Origin: Planctomycetota bacterium | GTDB taxonomy: Bacteria > Planctomycetota > PLA2 > JAEUHO01 | Assembly: GCA_965223505.1 (NCBI GenBank) | Contig: CBDCWP010000021.1 | Span: 96,001-160,000 of the forward strand | DNA length: 64,000 nucleotides | Direction of reading: 5' to 3' | Shown here: in pieces, positions 20,145 through 28,500 of the stretch | Numbering within the stretch: position 1 is the first letter of the stretch | Layout: every line of letters starts with the position of its first letter | Made by a program: the position numbers and the translations under genes | Notes under the pieces: generated by a model | The model's database searches: none | Told to the model about the DNA's origin: nothing | What the model saw: only the letters and a program-made list of their open reading frames with translations

Positions 20145-21140
20145 CTACTCGCCGTCGGTCTCTTCCTCGAACGGCTCGTGACCGGCAGTGGTAAACGCGT
20201 TGCCGATCGCGGCGAAGTCGACGACGTTTTTGCGCCCGACGACCGCGATCGCGTCGTTGTCGAGGTCGGGGTGGACGGCCAGCACGCCCTTCATGGGCAT
20301 TGGAAGACGGAACAGGTTCAGCGCCGTCGCCCCCTTGGGCAGGTTGTGGAACTCGAACTTGTGGAGGACGAAGCCGCTCTCGTCCCAGGCGGCCTTGCCG
20401 AGGGTCTTCGGATGCAACAGCATGGCCGAGTGGAACGTCCGGTCCTTTGCGGTCGTCCCCACCGGTACGGGATCGACGAGCTCGGCGCCTTCCCAGCGGG
20501 TCAACGGAGCGAACGAACCCGGACGCGTCCGGAACTCGAGACGTTCGACACCCGCCTTGCGGGGCACGACGGAGACCTTGATCTCCCCGGCGAAAGAGAC
20601 CTTCGCACCTTCCTCGATCTCCTTTTTCAGCTTCGAGATCTGTTCCGGCGTGCCCTCGTACACGTAGCGCGTCGTCGCGTCCGCCGTCTTGGCGGCCTCG
20701 ATCGCCTTGGCAAGGTCCTTCGGATCGAGCGCGCCGTCGAGCGCCTTCTCGAGGCTGATGCTCGTGACGCGATTGCCGTCGCCGTCCATGACGAAGAGCG
20801 CCGGGCGCGACGTGTCCATCGGCTTGAGCAACAGATAGCCCTCGGGCACCTTGACCATGACGCGCACGAATCCGTCCGCCGCTTTGATGACGGGTTCGGT
20901 GTTCAGTACGTCTCCGAGCCGACCGCTCGAAAAATCAAGGCTGCTTCATCAGGTCGCGCCGCCGGACATGCCGACGAGCACGCGGCGCTTGGTCTCCTTG
21001 GCCTTGGCGGCCGCGTAGACCAGCGACGTGTAGCCCTCGTAGTTCCAGGTGAGCTTGGGTGTCTCCTTGGGCGCCTCTTCGGCGGGCGCGGGCACCGCGC
21101 AGACGGCGAGGCCGAAGACGAGGATGAGTACGGTGCGCAT
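20145..21140 (-). CDS. Candidate secreted thioredoxin-fold selenoprotein (331 aa) with tandem in-frame UGA-UGA at residues 64-65 and a C-terminal HMA-like domain
   Basis: The 63-aa ORF and the 240-aa ORF are in the same frame (starts 273 nt apart). The only stops between them are TGA at 20951-20949 and TGA at 20948-20946. Reads ...RRVLVGMSGGAT-U-U-SSLDFSSGRLGDVLNTEPVIKAADGFVRVMV...; SECIS-like hairpin follows. Confidence 0.72.
20911..20933 (-). promoter_or_regulatory. Putative bacterial SECIS element
   Basis: Minus strand UUUUCGAGC-GGUCG-GCUCGGAGA: 9-bp stem (two G-U pairs), apical loop starting GGUC, loop 21 nt after the second UGA. Confidence 0.68.
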
Positions 21141-21162
21141 GCGATCAGGCTAGCAGGGTCCG

Positions 21163-21236
21163 GTAGGGGCAGCCCTTGTGGCTGCCCAAGGACAGACGAA
21201 CATCCCTGGTCGGGCGACCCCAAGGGTCGCCCCTAC
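21163..21236. repeat. Inverted GTAG-REP doublet (REPIN-like)
   Basis: GTAGGGGCAGCCCTTGTGGCTGCCC at 21163-21187 and reverse copy GGGCGACCCCAAGGGTCGCCCCTAC at 21212-21236; same family as the 17.5-kb cluster. Confidence 0.85.
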
Positions 21237-22090
21237 CAGTCGTAGAACCCCTGCCCGGACTTCTTGCCCAGTTTCCCCTCGGCGACCATGTCGCGCAGCA
21301 GCTGCGGCGGGTCGAAGCGCCGGTCGTCGAGCGCGCCCGAGAGGTACTCGGCGATGCCGAGGCGCACGTCCAGGCCGACGAGATCGGTGAGCTTCAGCGG
21401 TCCCATCGGATGCCGGTAGCCGAGCTCGAGCGCGGTGTCGATGTCCTGTGCGCTCGCAACGCCCTCCTCGACCATGCGAATCGCCTCGAGACCGAGCACG
21501 AGACCGAGACGGCTTGTCGCGAAGCCCGGCGAGTCCTTCACGACGACGACGGTCTTGCCCATGCGCTCGCCCGCGGCCCTCGACACCTCGACGACCTCGT
21601 CACTCGTCGCGTCGGTCTTGACGAGCTCGAGCAGCTTCATGAGGTGCACCGGGTTGAAGAAGTGCATGCCGACGACCTTGTCGGGGCGGCCGCTGGCTTC
21701 GGCGATCGCACCGATCGGCAACGACGACGTGTTCGTCGCGAGGATCGCGTGCTCCGGAGCGGTCTCGCCGAGGTCGCGGAAGATCGACTGCTTGAGCTCG
21801 AGGTTTTCCGGCACCGCTTCGACGATCAGGTCGGCCTCGGCGGCGGCGACCTTCAGGTCGAACGGTGCCGCAGCGAGGTTGGCCAGCGCTGCGTCACGAG
21901 CTTCCTCGGTGACCTTGCCGCGATCGACGCCCTTTTGCAGGTTCGCGGCGACGGCGTCGAGGCCCTTCTGCACGACGGCCGCATCGACGTCGAAGAGCGC
22001 GGCTCTGTAGCCGGCTTGCGCGGCGACGTGGGCGATGCCGTGTCCCATCGTGCCGGCGCCGATGACGAGGACGCGTTCGAGCTGTTGCAT
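21233..22090 (-). CDS. 3-hydroxyacyl-CoA (3-hydroxybutyryl-CoA) dehydrogenase
   Basis: GAGTMGHGIA, EAVPE, ATNTSS, GMHFFNP, PGF, HPMGPL, GKKSGQGFY. Confidence 0.93.
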   Translation of the reverse strand: MQQLERVLVIGAGTMGHGIAHVAAQAGYRAALFDVDAAVVQKGLDAVAANLQKGVDRGKVTEEARDAALANLAAAPFDLKVAAAEADLIVEAVPENLELKQSIFRDLGETAPEHAILATNTSSLPIGAIAEASGRPDKVVGMHFFNPVHLMKLLELVKTDATSDEVVEVSRAAGERMGKTVVVVKDSPGFATSRLGLVLGLEAIRMVEEGVASAQDIDTALELGYRHPMGPLKLTDLVGLDVRLGIAEYLSGALDDRRFDPPQLLRDMVAEGKLGKKSGQGFYDW

Positions 22091-22140
22091 GCGTTCACCT
22101 CCGAGCGGCGAACGGTAGCACTATCCAGGCGCGTTGCCGC

Positions 22141-22548
22141 CTACGGGTAGCAGGGGTCGTAGTAGCGGACCGGGCCGCACGGATCGTCGTAGTAGACCTC
22201 TTCGTAGACGACGACGCGGCGCGGGCGGCGGCAAGGCCGGCGGCGCACGCGGCGGTTGCAGCGGTCGCACTCACACGGGTCGCAGCCGCCGCGGTGCGGA
22301 GGGCTGTTGTAGACCTCCTGGTCGTAGGCGATGGCGTTGCCGGCTTCGGTTCCCACGACGGCGCCGAGGATGCCGCCGATCAGCGCGCCTTCCGCCTTGT
22401 GGCCGCTCGAGGAGGCGGCCGCGCCGACGGCTGCACCCACGGCGGTGCCGCCGACGGTCCCGAGCGCTCGGGTGTGGCCGGGGCCCTGCGCGCAACCGGC
22501 GAAGATCAGGCAGGCGACGGCGACGGTGGCGATCAGCGTGATTCGCAT
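22141..22548 (-). CDS. Small lipoprotein with glycine zipper and Cys/Arg-rich tail
   Basis: Lipobox FAGC; GTAVGAAVGA...GALIGGILGAVVG; tail CDPCECDRC...YYDDPC...YYDPC. Confidence 0.7.
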   Translation of the reverse strand: MRITLIATVAVACLIFAGCAQGPGHTRALGTVGGTAVGAAVGAAASSSGHKAEGALIGGILGAVVGTEAGNAIAYDQEVYNSPPHRGGCDPCECDRCNRRVRRRPCRRPRRVVVYEEVYYDDPCGPVRYYDPCYP

Positions 22549-22636
22549 CGAACGACTCCTTCGTGGGGCGCGCGGCCGGCACCGCCCATCCCCTTGGATC
22601 GGCCAGGATACGGCCGTCTTGGACCTCTTGCCGCCG

Positions 22637-23401
22637 TCACTTCTTTCGGCGGGCCAGAAAGGCGTCCATCCGGGCGTACTTGTCGGGGTGCTCGAAGAGG
22701 TCGGCCTGCGTCTCGTTGTCGAGCCGCATCAGGTCCGCCTCGGAGGCGCCGTGCACCCAGGCTTGCAAAGCCGCCTTGGTCCGCTTCACGGCCTCGGGCG
22801 CCTGCTTCAGGATCGGGTCGAGCAGCTTCATCACGGTCGCCTCGACCTTCACGTCCTCGACGACGGCGTCCACGAGACCGATCTTGCGCGCCTCCACGGC
22901 GTCGATGATGCGTCCCGAGAACAGGAGCCGCCGAGCGTTCGCGAGGCCGACCAGCGCGGGTAGGCGGCGCGTTCCACCGGCGGCGGCCATGATGCCCAGC
23001 CCCACCTCGGGCTGTCCGAACTTCGACGACGCCCCGGCGATGCGGAAGTCGCACGCGAGCGCGAGCTCGCATCCGCCGCCGAGGCACCAACCGACGATCG
23101 CGGCGACGGTCGGGCGCGGGAAGCGCTCGATGCGCGAGAACAGGGTCGAGTTGATGCCCTCGAGCGCGTCTTCGCGCTTGCGGTCGCGCAGCTCGGCGAT
23201 GTCGGCGCCGGACATGAAGGCCTTGCCGCCGGCGGAGGTGATGACGAGCGCGCGTATGTCGTCGTTGTCCTCGAACGCGCCGAGCGCGTCGTGCAGGTCG
23301 TCGACCATCTGATGGTTGAGGGCGTTGCGCACCTTCGGACGGTTGAGCGTGATGGTGGCGACGCCGTCGTAGACGCGCGTGAGGATCGTCTCGTAGCTCA
23401 T
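22637..23401 (-). CDS. Enoyl-CoA hydratase/isomerase (crotonase family)
   Basis: ITLNRP..RNAL, AFMSGADI, GGGCELALACD, FGQPEV.LG. Confidence 0.93.
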   Translation of the reverse strand: MSYETILTRVYDGVATITLNRPKVRNALNHQMVDDLHDALGAFEDNDDIRALVITSAGGKAFMSGADIAELRDRKREDALEGINSTLFSRIERFPRPTVAAIVGWCLGGGCELALACDFRIAGASSKFGQPEVGLGIMAAAGGTRRLPALVGLANARRLLFSGRIIDAVEARKIGLVDAVVEDVKVEATVMKLLDPILKQAPEAVKRTKAALQAWVHGASEADLMRLDNETQADLFEHPDKYARMDAFLARRKK

Positions 23402-23402
23402 G

Positions 23403-24440
23403 TCAGTCTCCCGGCGTCAGCACGAGCTTGCCGAACACCTCGCGGTTCTCGATGCGGCGGTGCGCCTCCCCCACCTCGGACAGCGGCAACACGGAATCGA
23501 CGATGGGCTTCAGCTTGCCGGACTCGACGAGGTGCAGCAACCGGTGAACGTCGCCGAGGCTGCCCATCGTGCTGCCGAGGATCTCGAGGTTCTTGAAGAA
23601 GACGAGGTTGAGGTGCATCTCGACCTTGGGGCCGGTCGTGGCGCCGCAGAAGACGTAGCGACCGCCGCGGCGCAGCACGCGCAGCGAGCTTCCGAAGGTC
23701 GCCTGGCCGACGTGATCGACGACGACGTCGACCCCCCGTCCGCCGGTGAGCTTCTTGATGGCACGCGACCACTGCTCGTCCGAATAGTCGATGACGTCGT
23801 CGGCGCCGAGTGCGCGCGCGCGGTCGGCTTTCGCCTCGGACGAGGTGGTGGCGATGATCTTGGCGGCGCCGGCGAGCCTGGCGATCTGGATCGCGGCGGT
23901 CGAGACACCCGATCCGGCGGCGTGCACCAGCACGATGTCGCCGGGCGCGACCTTGGCGCGCCGAACGACCATGTTCCACGCGGTCAGGAAGACGAGGGGA
24001 AACGCCGCGGCGTCTTCGAACGACACGTGGTCGGCGAGCGGCAGCGCGTTGCGCGCGGGGATGACGACGTGTTCGGCGCAGGTGCCGTCGCGGGTCTCTC
24101 CGAAGATGCCGTAGCGAGGCGAGAGCTGATCGAGGCCGGCCGCGGTTTCGGCGTCGTCGCCTTCGACGACGCCGGGGGCGATGACGACGCGGCGGCCTTC
24201 CCGGAAGCCGTGGACGCCGGCGCCGAGGCCGCTGACGAGGCCGGCGCCGTCGCAGCCGGGGGTGAGCGGCAGCGGGAACTCGTGACCGGGGACACCGCGG
24301 CGAACCCAGGTATCGAGGTGGTTGATGCCGGCTGCCTTGACCTGGACGCGGACCTCGCCGGGCCCGGGCTCGGGGACGTCGCGGTCTTCGAACAGGAGCT
24401 TGTCGTAGTCGCCGTGCTCGCGGATGACGACGGCTTGCAT
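23403..24440 (-). CDS. MDR-family zinc-binding dehydrogenase / quinone oxidoreductase-like
   Basis: INHLD.W, PGCDGAG, AAGSGV, GSTMG, FGKLVL. Confidence 0.88.
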   Translation of the reverse strand: MQAVVIREHGDYDKLLFEDRDVPEPGPGEVRVQVKAAGINHLDTWVRRGVPGHEFPLPLTPGCDGAGLVSGLGAGVHGFREGRRVVIAPGVVEGDDAETAAGLDQLSPRYGIFGETRDGTCAEHVVIPARNALPLADHVSFEDAAAFPLVFLTAWNMVVRRAKVAPGDIVLVHAAGSGVSTAAIQIARLAGAAKIIATTSSEAKADRARALGADDVIDYSDEQWSRAIKKLTGGRGVDVVVDHVGQATFGSSLRVLRRGGRYVFCGATTGPKVEMHLNLVFFKNLEILGSTMGSLGDVHRLLHLVESGKLKPIVDSVLPLSEVGEAHRRIENREVFGKLVLTPGD

Positions 24441-24519
24441 GGTTGCCTCCGGGTCCTTGATGGCGGAAGCGACAACGATAAATCGCTAGAATCCCCGGAC
24501 GCTCAACTGCCCGAGGGAA

Positions 24520-25563
24520 GTGATGCCCGAGATCGGACGCTCTTGGTGGATCCTGTTGGGGACCCTAGCTGCTGTCTGTGTCGGAGCCTCGACGTTCGCG
24601 AATCCGAGCTCCAGGGACGATAAAAAGGGAGGCGACAGTGAGACGATCATCATCGTCCCTCCGTGGGCCTTGGTGGCCGACGTCCAGCTTGCAGCGGCAC
24701 AAGAGCTCGGGGTCCCGGTAGCGTTCGAGAATGACCTCGGAATGCGCTTCGTTCTGATTCCAAAGGGCGGCGGACGTCGCGAAGGCCCTCCGTTCTACAT
24801 GCAGGTGGCGGAGACGACGGTTACACAATTCGAACGCTGGGAAGGCCGCAGGCCGTATCCGAGGAACGTGTTTTCGCTGACCGTCAAGAAGCGCCCGGCA
24901 GAGTACGAGCTCGGCCCGGGGGGAAAGCCCGTCCTCGTCAAACCAGAGTTGAAGTCGCACGAGTGGGTTGCATCGAGGCGTGGACATTGGGTTCCAGCAC
25001 ACAACCCTGCCAAGCATGAAAAGGGGATGCTGATACGCAAGAAGCCCACGTGGACGTTGGTCGACGGCGAACAACTTCCATCCAAACACTACGACCGCGC
25101 GACGCATCCACTCGGGCTGACGAGCCCGTCCGAGGTGCGCCGATTTGTGGCATGGCTCAATGAGCGGGACCCGAGTCGCCGATATCGAATCCCCACCGAA
25201 GACGAGTGGGAGCACGCTTGTCGCGCCGGAACGCGGGGGAAGTGGTACTGGGGAAACGAGGAATCTAGTGCGGCTGTATTCGAGACATTCGGCCGCACGA
25301 CGCCCGGCTCGTACTCATTGCAACAGATGCCGTCGCCCGTTGCCGGACTACGTCCGAATCCGTGGGGTCTGTACGACATGCTGGGCAACGTCGCCGAGTA
25401 CTGCGTTCCCGTCCCTGCCCTGAGCAAGAACGCCATGGTCGTTCGCGGCAGCTCACACGCAGGTGGACTCGAACCGACCGAGAAACGCTTCATGCCCCCG
25501 GCCGAGCTTCGCGAGGACGAGGGTATTGAAGCGGTTGGTCTGCGCCTCGCCGCAGACCCGTAG
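24520..25563 (+). CDS. Secreted FGE-sulfatase (SUMF1-like) domain protein
   Basis: ENDLGMRFVLIP, YRIPTEDEWEHACRAG, PNPWGLYDMLGNVAE, VRG, GLRL. Confidence 0.82.
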   Translation: MMPEIGRSWWILLGTLAAVCVGASTFANPSSRDDKKGGDSETIIIVPPWALVADVQLAAAQELGVPVAFENDLGMRFVLIPKGGGRREGPPFYMQVAETTVTQFERWEGRRPYPRNVFSLTVKKRPAEYELGPGGKPVLVKPELKSHEWVASRRGHWVPAHNPAKHEKGMLIRKKPTWTLVDGEQLPSKHYDRATHPLGLTSPSEVRRFVAWLNERDPSRRYRIPTEDEWEHACRAGTRGKWYWGNEESSAAVFETFGRTTPGSYSLQQMPSPVAGLRPNPWGLYDMLGNVAEYCVPVPALSKNAMVVRGSSHAGGLEPTEKRFMPPAELREDEGIEAVGLRLAADP

Positions 25564-25571
25564 CGTGCGTT

Positions 25572-28500
25572 TCATCGCAGATCGTTCCAGAGCACACGGC
25601 GGACTTCCGTAGCGCCGGCGTCCAGAGTCAAGCGCGTCTCGGCCTCCAACCGGCCACGTCGCTCACCGGAGTCCTGAAGAAAGAGCCCAAGATCCCACTC
25701 GTGAACCCGCGGCGCGTGCCCACCGGTGAAAATCGTCACTCCATCAGGATCGGCGACGACGTCGCGGATCGCCCCGATACCTGCGTCAAGAATCGCAATC
25801 TCGGATCCGAGCTCCGCATTCCAGATGCGAACGGTTCCGTCACGGCTCCCCGAAAGGAGCATCGATCCGTCGCCTGAGACCACGAGTGCCTCGACGTAGC
25901 TCTCGTGTCCCTCCATGGTTCGGATCACGCGGCCGGACGCCCTGTCCCAGATCTTGATGAGCGTGTCGGTCGTTCGAAGGACTGGGCTCTTTTCGTCGGG
26001 CACACCTCTCCCACCACCTGCCGAGTAGATTCGTTTCCCGTCGATCGAGACTGCGATCGCGCCGATCCCACCGGTATGCGCGTTGGGCCATACAGTTGGC
26101 TGCGCGCTTGCGAGGTCCCATCGGACGATCGCGCCCCTTCGTGTTCCGGTAATGAGCTCGCGCTCATCTTCGCTCAATGTGAGGCAGGCGACGGGACCCC
26201 ACTCGCCCTCGAACGTTCGCTGTAGCTCGTCTCGCGAGAGGTTGAATTCGTAGGTGTTCCCGCCTCTCCCGCCGGCATACAGACGCGAACCGTCTCGCAG
26301 CGTCGCCAGATCCAGAACCACGTCCGAGTCCGCACCGACATCCAAATACAGTCCCGATGCAGCTCCCTTCTTGGCGAGATCGACGACGCCGACGAGAACC
26401 GGCCCCGCTGCGGGCGTATCCAGGCCCTCGACGGGAACCGGGTCGCAAGCACTTGCGGCGTCGGCGGCCCACGCCCCTTCGTAGAGTCGCCGACCATCGG
26501 AGGAGACTAGGATCGCTCGCCCATCCACCGCAGAACATGCTCCGGAGCTGACCTCCGACCCCTTCACTTCCTCCGCCGGCGCGCCGGAGCCCAAATCGAA
26601 TCGATACGTAGCCGTCCTTCCGAAGGACTCGTAGGCTCCAGCAAACACGCCGCCTACAGCGCCGGACGCGACATACAGATCCGATCCGTCGGGTGACAAA
26701 GCCAGGTTGAAAGTGGCACTTGGGGCTCCCATGCCGCCGCGCGCGGTGATCTCGCTGACGCGCGGCCTGCCTCGATCGAACGACCACTTGTAGACTGCCC
26801 GATCGACGCGGCCGGCGGAGAACAGAGTGCCATCCGCCGAGTAGGCGACGCCGGAAACCCATCCGTCATGGCCGTCGAGGGCGTGAATCAGCGCACCGGT
26901 TTCGACCTGCCAGACGCGAACGGAGGGGAGGCGGGATCCGCTGGCGAGTGGGGAGCTACAGCCGGAAACGAGGATCTCTGCGTCGGCTGAGAGCGCCAAG
27001 CATGAGACGGGGCCGGAGTGATCCTTCAAGACACGTAGCGTGGACGCTGTTTGGGTGTCCCAAATACGGACCTGTCGATCGGCAGCACCCGAGAAGAGTC
27101 GGTTGCCACTGCACACCAGGACGTTCGCCGGAGCAGTGTGCCCTTCCAAGCGTGCGACGAGTTCTCCACTCTCGGCGTCGAGTGCCAGGATGACGAAGGT
27201 GTCGCCTCCGACGCGTCGCTCGTGCGGCTCGATCGATGCGGAGTGCGTCCCCTCTGGGAACTTCCACTTCTGTGGCTTGGGCGGCTCTTTCGTGGGCTCG
27301 CCAACTGGAACCGGCGGATGCTGCTCAAAGTGCAAGACATGAAGTGGCATACCGGACCATCGGCCTGTACCGCTGAAGATCTGCCCCTTGCCGTTTAGCC
27401 CGAGTGCTGTTACCGGCCGATCCTGCGTGGCAACGAAGAACGGCTCCTTCGTTTCCTTTGTCAGCTCCCAGCCACGGATGACACCGAGGTCGTTGCCGGC
27501 ATAGAGCCGCTTCCCGTCCCCTGAAACGACGAGGGCCGTGATCGTATTGCTCATCTTCCCGACGGACCGCAGTTCGCTTCCGCTGTCGATGGACGCGATC
27601 CAGACTCGACCCGACGACGCGCAGACGTACTCGCCTCCGCGCCCTGGAATCAAGGTGATCAAGCGCGGGGTCTCCGAATGGGAGCGATGCGCTTCGCGCG
27701 CCGGCGTTCCCCTGCCTGCATCCCAAAAACGAACGACACCGAGCGCATCGAGCGACAGCACCCAGTCTCGTTCTCTACAATACGCGATGCGCATTACCGC
27801 GCCTTGGTGCCCCGCAGCAACGGCGGTCGCCTCGTCGAGTGTCTGGACGTCGAGCAAGCGAAGTGCATGATCCGGATGCGACGTCACGAGGCGCGATCGC
27901 GTTCTCGACACCGCCAACGGGACTGCTCCTTCAACGGGCTCCGGATTGGAACGCTTGGTGAGATCCCACCGGAGGACCAACGGATCTCTGTTCGATGCTG
28001 CGAAGAGGTACCTCCCATCGGGGGACGTGACAAGCGACCGAACCCCGCCCTCCCGGCCCTCCAACGTTCCTGCCAGCCGAGCGGACCGCCAGTCCCAGAC
28101 CTGTACAGGCGGCACCGCGTCGGCCTCGACGCGGAACCCCACGAAGAGCTCGTCGCCATCCGGTGAGAGCGCAACGCTCGATACGATGCCGGCGCCTACG
28201 TCGATCGTCTGAATCGGTCGTCTCTGTCTCGTAGACCAGATGGTCACGGCCCCGGTTGCACCGACGAACAAATGCTCGCCGTCATCGGAGATACAGATTG
28301 CCCGCGAGCGGAAGCTCTCTAGCAGCGGGTCACGGCTTCCCGAGAGTCCCTCGATTCGCCAAGCATGTTCGTGCTTCTCGAGGTCCCACACGTGGACGGT
28401 GCTTCCATACGGATCTTCGTAGGGGCTTCCCGATTCGCTGCCACCGGCGTCGAGCGCGTACAACAGGTGTCCCTTCAATTCGACATCGAGCACCAGACCA

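Noticed and set aside
20949..21140. The 63-aa ORF as a stand-alone peptide with a double stop, or a pseudogene
   Set aside because: It ends mid-fold exactly at the redox position, the frame continues intact, and a SECIS-like hairpin follows. Two independent nonsense mutations in adjacent codons are less parsimonious. Not formally excluded.
24520..25563. Active formylglycine-generating enzyme
   Set aside because: The catalytic Cys pair after the RG motif is absent; probably a non-catalytic FGE-fold protein.
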